Shown here piece after piece: positions 21,924-31,159 of a stretch of DNA of 64,000 nucleotides. The position numbers were made by a program, and so were the translations under genes. Origin of the DNA: Polyangiales bacterium (lineage in GTDB: Bacteria; Myxococcota_A; Polyangia; Polyangiales; Houyiibacteriaceae). The notes under the pieces were generated by a model that saw nothing but the letters and a program-made list of their open reading frames with translations, had not been told where the DNA came from and did no database searches. Numbering within the stretch: position 1 is the first letter of the stretch; the number at the start of each line of letters is the position of its first letter. The stretch is from the NCBI GenBank assembly GCA_045106895.1, contig JBGCFM010000039.1:32001-96000 (forward strand), written 5' to 3'.

Positions 21924-22304
21924 CTAGACCGCCCTTGCGGCGTTCGACGGCAAGCACCGGAGCATATCGACGAGGTCGTTGGGGCTAGCCGACTTATGCA
22001 GGTAGCCATCCGCTCCACCACCCGTCGCCAACATGCGCAGTTCGTGCTCTTCAACGCCGCTATAGAACACAACTTTCGTGCTCATGAGACACGGGTCGTC
22101 GCGGAGGAGATCGAGCACCTCGATGCCTCGAAGTCCCGGCATATTCATGTCCATCACCAAGATGTCCGGGTGCGTCGACGCCACCAGGTTGAGCACGCCG
22201 TAGGCGCGGTTGCTGACCTGCACCTCGAAGCCTGCCCGGATGAGAGTCCGAGACAATATCTTCGTCATGAGGAGGTCATCATCGACGAGGAGGATCCGTG
22301 TCAC
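21924..22304 (-). CDS. single-domain response regulator (CheY-like)
   Basis: ILLVDDD, PDILVMDMNMPGLRG, GADGYLHK. Confidence 0.9.
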   Translation of the reverse strand: MTRILLVDDDLLMTKILSRTLIRAGFEVQVSNRAYGVLNLVASTHPDILVMDMNMPGLRGIEVLDLLRDDPCLMSTKVVFYSGVEEHELRMLATGGGADGYLHKSASPNDLVDMLRCLPSNAARAV

Positions 22305-22399
22305 CCTCGGGATGAACGGACGAAGCCCTCTTTGCTTGAGTGTTTTCGGTGACCCTCTTCCCGAAGTGTGGTCTCTTTTGCAGCGAGAAGAGAGGTTCG

Positions 22400-22732
22400 A
22401 TGGCGAAGAAACCCAAACACGTGGTCTGCACCCAGTGCCGACTTGGCCAGGATCAGGTCCTAAAAAAGTCGTTTCTCGGCTTCTTCAAGTTCGCCTGCGA
22501 GGAGTGCAAAAGCGAGAACACCTACCCGCTCTCGATGGGCTACGCGGTGATCTACGGCTTGGCGATTCTCATCGCTGTGGTCACCAGCGTGCGCGGCGAG
22601 TTTCGCTGCGGAATCCTGGCGATAGGCGGCGTCTTCGCCCTCGCCTTCGACTTCGGCATCCGCCGCCGGGCGAACGATGCCATGCAGAACGAGCGCTCCA
22701 AAGGCCAAGTCGTCGCCGACGTCTTCAAGTAG
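22400..22732 (+). CDS. small Zn-ribbon + 2-TM membrane protein
   Basis: RBS GAGG; CTQC..CEEC, then two hydrophobic segments. Confidence 0.7.
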   Translation: MAKKPKHVVCTQCRLGQDQVLKKSFLGFFKFACEECKSENTYPLSMGYAVIYGLAILIAVVTSVRGEFRCGILAIGGVFALAFDFGIRRRANDAMQNERSKGQVVADVFK

Positions 22733-22768
22733 ACGTCAACGGCGCAAACCAGACGCTAAACGCAGCGC

Positions 22769-24154
22769 TTAGAACGCTTCGGGCGTGGGCTCTTCTTCTT
22801 CCGCGTCACCGAGGTCTTCGGCGCCATGCGTGAGCTTCTTCAGAGGTCTCAGAGCGGCGATGACGACGACGCCGATGGCGGTACAGAACACGGCGACGCC
22901 GATGAAGATGGGCTTCTCGCCAGCGTCGCCCACGGCCGCTTCGCCGATGAGGCCAGCGACCTTGTTCCCGAGGCCCGTCGCGGCGAAGTAAGCGCCCATC
23001 ATGAACGAGGCGTACTTGATAGGCGCAAGCTTCGTGATGAAGCTGAGCGCCACGGGCGAAGCGCAGAGCTCGCCGATGGTGTGGAAGAGGTAGGCGAGGA
23101 CGAGCCATCCGAGCCAAGCCTGCTGGCCCGCTTCGTTTTCCATGGCGGCGGCGACCATGAAGAGGAAGCCCCAGCCCATGATCATCGTGCCAACGGCCAT
23201 CTTGAAGAGAGACGAGGACTCGTGCCCGCGCTTCTTCCACATGATCCAGAAGTTCGCGACGGGCACCGCGAGGAGAATGATGTACGCCGGGTTGAGGGAC
23301 TGGAACCACGTCGCCTGAACCTCGAAGGAGCCCATCATGAGGTCCGTCTTTTCGGCGGCGTAGAGGTTGAGCAAACCGCCGGCCTGCTCGAAGGCGCCCC
23401 AGAAACAGATGACGATGATGAAGGAGATGAAGAGCACGATCATGCGCTGCGTCTCTACCTTCGAGATGGGGCGCGCCGCGGCGGCGGCTTCGGCGGCGGA
23501 CGCCTCGGCGCCGGTCGTCAGATTCCCAACGGTCCGCAGATAGCGCTGGCCCCACATGTACACAGCCTGTCCGAAGAGCATGCCGATGCCGGCGAGGCCA
23601 AAGCCGTAGTGCCAGCCGTAGCTTTGACCGATGGTGCCCACGATGACGCCGCTCAGCACCGCACCAATGTTGATGCCCATGTAGAAGATGTTGAAGCCCT
23701 TGTCGCGACGCTCATCGCCGGTGGCGTAGAGGCCGCCGACCATCGTCGAGATGTTCGGCTTGAGAAGACCGACGCCGATGATGATGAGGCCAAGCCCCGA
23801 ATAGAACATCTCAATGCCGGGGAGCGCGAGGACGAGGTGGCCTGCGCAAAGCACCAGGCCGCCGATGAGCACGGCTTTCTTCTGGCCCGTGATCTTGTCG
23901 GCGATGAGGCCGCCGGGGATCGACGCGACGTAGACCAGCATCGTGTACCAGCCGTAAAGCGCGAGGGCTTCTCCCTCGGTCCAGCCGAGACCGCCCGCGG
24001 GGCCTTCCTGCGTCTCCGCGACAAGATAGAGCACGAGGAGCGCGCGCATTCCGTAGTAGCTGAAACGCTCCCAGAGCTCCGTGAAGAAGAGGATGTAGAG
24101 ACCCTTCGGGTGTCCGAAGAGCTCGTCGTCTTGGTTTGTCGTGGCGGTAGTCAT
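22769..24154 (-). CDS. POT/PTR family proton-dependent oligopeptide transporter (DtpT-like)
   Basis: FGHPKGL, EL.ERFSYYGM, LKPNIS.MVG, FYMGINIG, FQSLNP, GELC.SP. Confidence 0.95.
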   Translation of the reverse strand: MTTATTNQDDELFGHPKGLYILFFTELWERFSYYGMRALLVLYLVAETQEGPAGGLGWTEGEALALYGWYTMLVYVASIPGGLIADKITGQKKAVLIGGLVLCAGHLVLALPGIEMFYSGLGLIIIGVGLLKPNISTMVGGLYATGDERRDKGFNIFYMGINIGAVLSGVIVGTIGQSYGWHYGFGLAGIGMLFGQAVYMWGQRYLRTVGNLTTGAEASAAEAAAAARPISKVETQRMIVLFISFIIVICFWGAFEQAGGLLNLYAAEKTDLMMGSFEVQATWFQSLNPAYIILLAVPVANFWIMWKKRGHESSSLFKMAVGTMIMGWGFLFMVAAAMENEAGQQAWLGWLVLAYLFHTIGELCASPVALSFITKLAPIKYASFMMGAYFAATGLGNKVAGLIGEAAVGDAGEKPIFIGVAVFCTAIGVVVIAALRPLKKLTHGAEDLGDAEEEEPTPEAF

Positions 24155-24161
24155 GAAAGAA

Positions 24162-25868
24162 TCAGTCTTGAGTGAAGTCGCGCTGGACGTAGAACTTGGC
24201 GCGAACGGCCATGAGTGCGCCGACGATGACGGCGGTCCAGCAGAAGAACCAGAAGAACTCGACTTGGCCGAAGCCGCCCTCGAGGTGCGATGCGATGTAG
24301 TCCTTGGCGCCGGTCAGAACCGTGACGAAGAGGTTGCCCAAGGTGATGGTGAGCATGAAGAGGCCCATGACGATGGACTTCATGCGCTTCGGTGCCTGGG
24401 TGTAGGCGAACTCCAGCGCAGTGATGGACACGAGGACCTCGCTGGTGGTGAGAATCAAGTACGCGAGAACCTGCCACCAAATGCTGACGGTGTTCGGCTC
24501 GCCGGCATCGATCTTCTGCTGGATGATGGCGGCGATGGCGAAGGAGCCGCCGGCCATCATCAAGCCGATGACCATGCGGCGCAGGGGTGTCCATTCGAAG
24601 CCCAGCTTTTTTGAGATTCGGTAGACGATGTTCATGACGGGGATGAGCCCCATGACCATGAGCGGGTTGGCAGCCGCGACCTGCGACGGCAGAACGTCGA
24701 CACCGAACATCGTGGTGTCCATGGCCCCGGCCTGGAGAATCCAGGTCGAGCCGTGCTGGTCGAAGATGGCCCAGAAGGCTGGGATGAAAATGAAGATGGT
24801 GCACACCTTGAAGACGGCGTGGGGCCCTTCGGCGGCGGCGAGACCAAAGCGTTCGATGGCCGGCGCCCAGAACTTCGACCAGAACTTGCTGGTCACGAGC
24901 GGGCTCTCAGGGTCGTCGGGCGTCTTTACCTCGTCCAGTTTGCGCGGGGCTCCAGGGGCTCCGCCAAGCTTCACTCGGAAGTTGTAGAGAAGGATGGCGA
25001 GGAAGCCGTCGTCTTCTTCGATGCGCTGACGGTAGGCAAAGACCGCGAGGCCGGCGATGAGGAACGCCGGGCTAAGGACGCCCAAACGAAGGACCCAGCC
25101 CCACTCCGCAGGAGTGACGAAGAAGTGCCCGATGGCGAGGAACATGATGCCGCCGGAGAGGGTGTCGAGCTTTCCAAGCTTTCCGCCGGGCTCCGGGGGG
25201 ACATGCACAAACTTGTGCCGCCCCATCCAGAAAAAGAACGTGGCTATGGCCATGAGCACGCCGGGAATTCCGAAGGCCAGGGAGACGCGCCAGAACTCGG
25301 TTCCGTCGCCGCGGATCCACGGAATCAACAGCGTCGCGAAGAACGAGCCGAAGTTAATGCTGAAGTAGAAAATCTGATAGATGGTCGGAACCTTGGACCA
25401 GTTGCCGCGGCCGAACTGGTCACCGACGTTCGCGGAGACGCAAGGCTTGATGCCGCCGGCGCCGATGGCGATGCACGCGAGGCCCGCATAAACCATATTG
25501 ATACGCATCGACGGGTCTGCGCTGAGGTCCGCCACGGCGAGGATGGCGTGTCCCACGCAGTACATCAGCGAGAGCCAGAGAATGGTTTTGTACTTGCCCC
25601 AAAAGCGGTCGGCGAGAATCGCGCCGATCATCGGGAACGCGTACACCGCGCCGGCGAAGATGTGATAGTTCACCGTCGCCTGATCCTGAGCCACAGACTC
25701 GGCGGCGCCGGTGAGCTGATACAGCGCCACCAGGTGAACGACGAGGATCGCCTTCATGCCGTAAAAGCTGAAGCGCTCGCACATCTCGTTGCCAACGATG
25801 TAAGGAACACCCTTCGGCCAGCCTGTGTTCTCATGGTCTGGCGAGGTACGCCATTGGGGATCGCTCAT
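24162..25868 (-). CDS. POT/PTR family oligopeptide transporter (PepT1-like subgroup)
   Basis: NEMCERFSFYGMK, GGIKPCVSANVGDQF, FYFSINFGS, DQ.GSTWILQ, LEFAYTQAPKRMKS. Confidence 0.95.
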   Translation of the reverse strand: MSDPQWRTSPDHENTGWPKGVPYIVGNEMCERFSFYGMKAILVVHLVALYQLTGAAESVAQDQATVNYHIFAGAVYAFPMIGAILADRFWGKYKTILWLSLMYCVGHAILAVADLSADPSMRINMVYAGLACIAIGAGGIKPCVSANVGDQFGRGNWSKVPTIYQIFYFSINFGSFFATLLIPWIRGDGTEFWRVSLAFGIPGVLMAIATFFFWMGRHKFVHVPPEPGGKLGKLDTLSGGIMFLAIGHFFVTPAEWGWVLRLGVLSPAFLIAGLAVFAYRQRIEEDDGFLAILLYNFRVKLGGAPGAPRKLDEVKTPDDPESPLVTSKFWSKFWAPAIERFGLAAAEGPHAVFKVCTIFIFIPAFWAIFDQHGSTWILQAGAMDTTMFGVDVLPSQVAAANPLMVMGLIPVMNIVYRISKKLGFEWTPLRRMVIGLMMAGGSFAIAAIIQQKIDAGEPNTVSIWWQVLAYLILTTSEVLVSITALEFAYTQAPKRMKSIVMGLFMLTITLGNLFVTVLTGAKDYIASHLEGGFGQVEFFWFFCWTAVIVGALMAVRAKFYVQRDFTQD

Positions 25869-26004
25869 CAAAAACTCCAGCGCCAGCGTCTGTCCTGGCG
25901 CGTGACTGCTTAGCGCATTAGACGCCTCGCGCTTCCCGAACCTGCGGACGGTGTGCAAAACACGAACACACGATAGAACGGAGGCGACCTGCTAAGTTCG
26001 CGAC

Positions 26005-27093
26005 ATGGGCAAGTCCGCGAGTGGCCGAGTGGCCGGCATCGACGTGGCGCGGGCCCTAGCAGCGCTCATCATGCTGCAAGGACATGCGACGGACGGCTGG
26101 GTGCGCCCCGAGCATGAGGATGCTGTTTTTCGTGCGTCACGCTTCTTGGGGACCTTTCCCCTGCCCGCGTTTCTGCTCCTGGCGGGCACGAGCGTTGCTT
26201 GGCGCGTAGCCATCGGCGAAGAGCGCGGCGAGAGCCCCCGCAAGATTGGCCGCGCCCTGACGCGTCGCGGACTCGGCCTTGTCCTCACCGGATACGTCGT
26301 CTCCTTCGCCTTTGCGCTGATGGATGGCGCGACAGCCGAGTTTCTGCCCACGCTGCTCCGAGCCGACGTGCTCCACGTCATTGGGGCGTCCATTGCGCTC
26401 GCCGGAGCGCTGGTTCCCGCGAGGGCCGACTTTGCGTCGAGCTTCGTCCGCCGCAGCGTGGCCTTCGGCATCGGCGTCACGATCCTCTGTCCACTCTTGC
26501 CGGCCTTCGACTTGCCGCTTCCGGCGGCGGCATTGGTAGGCGTCTTCGTCGACGCCGCGCCGGTCACCCGCATGCCCCTCGTACCGCTCTTCGCGTGGTT
26601 CGCCGCCGGCGCCCTCTGCACAAGCTTTATGCGTGGTGGGGCGACCTCTCCTTTTGCCCAAGTCGCCGGGACCACAAAGAAACGGCTCGCCGTCCTCGCG
26701 ATCATTGCGTCGGGCGCAGCCGCTGTAGGCTGGAACGGTATGAACACGCTGCATGAGGCCTTTGGCGGGACGCTGAGTCGGCAGCACATCGCCATCGTCG
26801 CAAATGTCCTCGACCTCGCCGGCCGGGGCGCGCTGGTTCTCGTCGTCGGCGCTGCGTTGGCGCCTTTTCTGTCCGCGCGCGTCCGATTTCATCTCGTGCT
26901 CTTGGGCCGAGGTTCGCTGACGGCCTACGTTGTTCACCTCCCCTTTTGTTATGGGCGTCTGGGCTCCCCGCTCCGCGCGTCACTGACCAGCGCGCAAGCC
27001 GTCCTCGGGATTCTCGTACTCGCGATGGGCACCTACGTCTGCGTGCGCGTCTGGCCCGCCCTCCGAGAAGGCATCTTGCGGCGCCGGTCGTAG
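26005..27093 (+). CDS. membrane acyltransferase, DUF1624/HGSNAT-catalytic-like
   Basis: RVAGIDVARALA..MLQGH, PAFLLLAG, DVLHVIG, LG..SL..YVVH; multiple TMs. Confidence 0.8.
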   Translation: MGKSASGRVAGIDVARALAALIMLQGHATDGWVRPEHEDAVFRASRFLGTFPLPAFLLLAGTSVAWRVAIGEERGESPRKIGRALTRRGLGLVLTGYVVSFAFALMDGATAEFLPTLLRADVLHVIGASIALAGALVPARADFASSFVRRSVAFGIGVTILCPLLPAFDLPLPAAALVGVFVDAAPVTRMPLVPLFAWFAAGALCTSFMRGGATSPFAQVAGTTKKRLAVLAIIASGAAAVGWNGMNTLHEAFGGTLSRQHIAIVANVLDLAGRGALVLVVGAALAPFLSARVRFHLVLLGRGSLTAYVVHLPFCYGRLGSPLRASLTSAQAVLGILVLAMGTYVCVRVWPALREGILRRRS

Positions 27094-27179
27094 GTCCACG
27101 GGCCGCGACTTTCTTCGCGCCTTCCCACAACATGCGCTAGGCGTCAGGGACGATGGTCTGGCGACACAACGATGGGCTC

Positions 27180-28529
27180 ATGACGCACCGCCGCTGGCTC
27201 GTCGCTCTGATGGTCGTGGTCGGCAGCCTCGGCGCCTGCAGCGACACGAGCAATGCAGAGAGCGCCAGCGCGGCCCGTGAACCGGAGCCCGAGCCGGAAG
27301 AGCAGGCGCCGCGGCTACCGGGTTACCCCCTCATCGACGATTCCGTCTTGCGGCGGGCGCCGGAGCTCCTGGATCATCTCGTCCCAAGACTCAGGCCTGC
27401 GACGGGCCTGCGCTTTCGGAACCTCGTCTACGAGGCCAACAACGTGGACCTTCGCGGAGGCCGCACCGAACAGGAACTCTACGAAGACACCGGCGTTGAA
27501 ATCGCGGAGCGCTGGCGCGAGGGCGCCGCGGGTGTTCGTCGTGTCCTCGTGCTGAGAGACGCGCTCTTTTCGCAACAAGACCACCCCATCGACCACACCC
27601 CCGTGAGCATCATGATGCCAGCGAGCTGGATCAGCGTCGCGGTGCACATGGTGATGGAGGGCCAAGAGCTACACCCAGCCAGGGCACCTGAGCTCGATGA
27701 CGACGCGGCGTGGGCGGAGCTAGACACGCCTGCGCTCCTCTTCGGGAGCTTCCCACCGAGCGAGCGGCTCCACGAAGAGGCGACGAAACCGCGCACGGTG
27801 CTGGCACCGCAACGCCTGCGGGTGACGAACGCGCGCCGGAGCGTCGCAATGTTGGCGCAACAGTCACGCGCCATGTGTGACGCCGCCGGCGAAGGTCCGG
27901 AGGCCGTGGCGGCGGCCGGCGCGGAGGCCATCAGCTTCAGCGACCGCCTCTACTTCGGCGAGCGACTGCGGCGCGAGAACATCATCTTAGTCACCGTGGA
28001 GAACCCGACGCTCCATGAGCGCGTCGACGAAGCGAAGGGATTTCGTCCGCCACGGGGCACGCTCAGTGACGAAGCCATCGCGACCGCCGTCGACGCGCTG
28101 TATAGGCGGCGACTCGCCGATGGGGACGTGGGCATCGAGCGCGTGGACCTGAATCGAATGTCGGAACGTCGACACGCCGTGGCGCTTCTGGAACGACTCA
28201 TCCCCAAAGAAGACCCCGGCGACTCGCAGATCTGGCTCTACGTCCACGGCGGCCTTCGTGGCAGCGCCATCGAAGACGCGCTGAGCCATATGTATGGCTT
28301 TCGCCTTCAGCTCGAAGCCGGAAACGTGAACCTCAGCCGTCTCCGCCTCTTCGCCCGGCCGCCTGTTCCCATCGGCGGAAGCGACTTAGCCCGACAGCTC
28401 TGGCTCGGATCGCGACGCTTTCGAAACCATGACCTGCCCATGAGCCTCAACCTTGGAAGCGGTCTGCTGACGCGGCTCTTCGAGGAGCTGCGGCCCACTC
28501 TCCAGCGACGCATGGAAGACGACGACTAG
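27180..28529 (+). CDS. hypothetical lipoprotein
   Basis: Lipobox SLGAC, EP-rich linker, ~400-aa globular region with no motif I recognise; strong GC3 bias. Confidence 0.75.
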   Translation: MTHRRWLVALMVVVGSLGACSDTSNAESASAAREPEPEPEEQAPRLPGYPLIDDSVLRRAPELLDHLVPRLRPATGLRFRNLVYEANNVDLRGGRTEQELYEDTGVEIAERWREGAAGVRRVLVLRDALFSQQDHPIDHTPVSIMMPASWISVAVHMVMEGQELHPARAPELDDDAAWAELDTPALLFGSFPPSERLHEEATKPRTVLAPQRLRVTNARRSVAMLAQQSRAMCDAAGEGPEAVAAAGAEAISFSDRLYFGERLRRENIILVTVENPTLHERVDEAKGFRPPRGTLSDEAIATAVDALYRRRLADGDVGIERVDLNRMSERRHAVALLERLIPKEDPGDSQIWLYVHGGLRGSAIEDALSHMYGFRLQLEAGNVNLSRLRLFARPPVPIGGSDLARQLWLGSRRFRNHDLPMSLNLGSGLLTRLFEELRPTLQRRMEDDD

Positions 28530-28537
28530 CCCGCGTT

Positions 28538-29821
28538 TCAGCGTTCGCCTTCGACGGCACAGGCCGCGCGGACTTGTTCGTAGACAGCTGGATGGTTCTG
28601 CAGATGGTGGTGCATCACCCCGCCGTAATGGCGCGTGTCGATGGGGAACGCTCGCTCGCTCATCCTTGGGCCGGCCGCGCTTGAGACGCGCACCAGTAGG
28701 TCACCGATGATCTTTCCGACCGGATGTTCCGCATCTTCCGTGACGCTCGCGGAGACGAAATAGTGCGCGGCGTGATCGAGGGGAAGCGCGTCTCGAGCGA
28801 GGGGGTGATGCGTGAGCCATTCTTCGTCCACAATGGCGCCGTTGTAGAGGTCATGAACCCCTGCGCTTCGCGCCTCCAAGATGCGCGAGAGGATCTTCGT
28901 CGCCGGCAAGTCCACGCTCCCCAACGTCTCTGTGAGGGCGTGACCGAGACGGGCGAGGGGCGCCCCCTGGTGCGGTGAGCCAAAGTAGAACACGCGGCGA
29001 AGATGCTTCGTCCACGCCATGCCGTGTTCTTCCGCGTGGTGGCACGCGCTGCTCGACACGAGACCTCCCATGCTGTGACCAAAGATGCTCAGGTCGTCGA
29101 TGGGCTGAGGGTACGCAAGCGTAAGCTCCTCAAGGAGAGCAGCAAAGCTCCGGCCGCTGTCCGACACATGTCGTCCCGTGTTGTACCGGATAAAGATGGG
29201 AGTGAACGCCAAGTCGCGCGCCAGCATCGACGCAAAGGTGGTCTCCGAGTCTCCGTAGTACGCGTCCGCTTCGAGACACCAGGACCACTCGGTGGTTCCG
29301 AGACCGTGAACGAACACCGCGACCTTCGGCGTGGTCTCCACAGAGCTGAGAGCCGCGGCGAGAGCGGCACGGTCCGGCGCCACGTATCGATCGCCGATGC
29401 GCACCGTCATCGCGAGGTCGAGTTCGCTTCCGGAGCGATGAAGATGATCTCCGACGGCGGCATTGAGGAGCCCGAGCGTCGCGTCGCCGACCCACTCTTT
29501 TGTGCCGATGACCGTTGAGCGTAGGGGCACCGGCGCCGCCGCTTCCGCGGTGGCGCCTTGCCCTTGAGGAAACGCCGCCGAGAGACCGAAGTCGCTCACG
29601 CTCTGGATGGAGCGATTCGCCAAGCGGATGGTGCTCAGCACTCCGCTCGTCGACAGACGCCGCAGCTCATCGATGGCCTGTACGGGGCCAGCGAGCGCTT
29701 CGACCTCATCGCTCACGCGGCGCACGGCGCGGGCGCTCGACTCGTTCCCCTCACGAACAAGCTCCAAGGTGGCATCGACGGCGTCGTGCAAGAGAGCTTT
29801 CACACCACGCCAGGTCCGCAT
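28538..29821 (-). CDS. alpha/beta hydrolase (lipase/PGAP1-like)
   Basis: VFVHGL, RYNTG.H, GHSMGG nucleophile elbow, GSPHQGAPL, GDLLV..SA, H..L.NHP.VY. Probable ATG at 29821. Confidence 0.85.
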   Translation of the reverse strand: MRTWRGVKALLHDAVDATLELVREGNESSARAVRRVSDEVEALAGPVQAIDELRRLSTSGVLSTIRLANRSIQSVSDFGLSAAFPQGQGATAEAAAPVPLRSTVIGTKEWVGDATLGLLNAAVGDHLHRSGSELDLAMTVRIGDRYVAPDRAALAAALSSVETTPKVAVFVHGLGTTEWSWCLEADAYYGDSETTFASMLARDLAFTPIFIRYNTGRHVSDSGRSFAALLEELTLAYPQPIDDLSIFGHSMGGLVSSSACHHAEEHGMAWTKHLRRVFYFGSPHQGAPLARLGHALTETLGSVDLPATKILSRILEARSAGVHDLYNGAIVDEEWLTHHPLARDALPLDHAAHYFVSASVTEDAEHPVGKIIGDLLVRVSSAAGPRMSERAFPIDTRHYGGVMHHHLQNHPAVYEQVRAACAVEGER

Positions 29822-29927
29822 GAGCAAAGTCTGCCACGAAACCCAGGCTTCGTCGCAGTCTGGCGCCGCGCCGTCAATTTCCGCCAGAACTGTCGCGGGG
29901 CAGCGAGAGACGTGATAGCGATCAGCC

Positions 29928-31019
29928 ATGGAATCGACAGATCTGGTGATCGACCTTGAGGATATCCGCAGCGGCGACCCCGCTCGCTTAGAGAAGGCCG
30001 CCGCGGCGCTTCGCACGGGCTTCGGAGAATACGGACTCATCTACATCAAGAGCCACGGCGTGGACATGGAACGCCTAGGAAAGCTCTACGCTCAGTGGGT
30101 TGAACTCACCGACCGCAGCGCGGAAGAGAAGCAGGCGTGGGCGCGCCCCGATGTCTGGTACCAGCGCGGATGGACGCCGCCGAACACCGAGCAGGCCGTC
30201 GTCGCCGGTGGCCAACCGGATTTCAAGGAGTGCTACTTCGCTGCACCCATGGAGCTCGACGAGCGCGTGAAACTGATGTTCCCGGAGATCTACGCGGACA
30301 ACTCTTGGCCGCAAAATTCCGGTGACTTTGAGGCCGACTATCTGGCCCTCGGACAGCAGGTACATGAGGTGGGGATGACCGTCCTCGAGGCCTGCGCCGG
30401 TGCTCTTGGCTTGCCGACGGAGGTTTTCCGTGACGGCACAAAAGGGGGTCCACATGTCACACGACTCTTGCGCTACCTGCCACTGAGCGAGGAACAGGTC
30501 GGAACCAACATTGTCTGGGGCGAAGAGCACACAGACTTCAACTTGCTCACCCTCCTCCCGGGTGGACAGTTTCAGGACCCCAGCAGCGCGGCGTGCGATC
30601 GCCCGGATCCAGCAAGCGGACTCTACCTGCGAACACGCGAAAACGAAGAACACCCACGCGGACGCAAAGTTCACGGGAAGCCCCCGGCGGGATGCATCGT
30701 GGCGCAGGTCGGGCAGCAGCTCGAAATCCTCACCGGTGGCGTTTACCAAGCGACGCCCCACGTCATCACGCCGCCAAAGCAGGTTGGATACACACGAACG
30801 GCGCTCGCTCACTTCATCCACATGCACTCCGAGCGACGGCTCTTTCCTGAAGATCGCTTCGTCAACGACGAGACCATTCGGAACTACGGTCCGCCGGTCC
30901 TCGCAGGGACCTACGGGCTCAAGACGCTGGTGGACATCGGCCTCGCGCCCAAGGAGGCGCTGAATAAGCTCGGGTACCATCACTATGACCGCCTCGCCGC
31001 TGCCCGCGACGAAAGCTGA
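29928..31019 (+). CDS. isopenicillin N synthase-like 2-oxoglutarate/Fe(II) dioxygenase
   Basis: G.IYIKSHG, QRGW.P, DFKE, RLLRY, HTD iron ligands, GQQLE.LT.G.Y.ATPH, distal R. Confidence 0.9.
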   Translation: MESTDLVIDLEDIRSGDPARLEKAAAALRTGFGEYGLIYIKSHGVDMERLGKLYAQWVELTDRSAEEKQAWARPDVWYQRGWTPPNTEQAVVAGGQPDFKECYFAAPMELDERVKLMFPEIYADNSWPQNSGDFEADYLALGQQVHEVGMTVLEACAGALGLPTEVFRDGTKGGPHVTRLLRYLPLSEEQVGTNIVWGEEHTDFNLLTLLPGGQFQDPSSAACDRPDPASGLYLRTRENEEHPRGRKVHGKPPAGCIVAQVGQQLEILTGGVYQATPHVITPPKQVGYTRTALAHFIHMHSERRLFPEDRFVNDETIRNYGPPVLAGTYGLKTLVDIGLAPKEALNKLGYHHYDRLAAARDES

Positions 31020-31130
31020 GCGACGAAAACCGGGCGCGGGATGTGCATGCTTGTGCCACGCGCAGCCCGGCGTGGCGCGCTTCGCCTTGGCCCGCTTTCG
31101 TTTCCGGCGCGTATCCACGGCATTCGCACT

Positions 31131-31146
31131 CGGCACGCTTCCTGCT
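31131..31146 (+). promoter_or_regulatory. sigma54-type -24/-12 promoter
   Basis: CGGCACGCTTCCTGCT has GG-N10-GC spacing and is close to the TGGCACG-N4-TTGC consensus; it lies just upstream of ATG 31160. Confidence 0.55.
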
Positions 31147-31159
31147 TTGAATGATCCCT

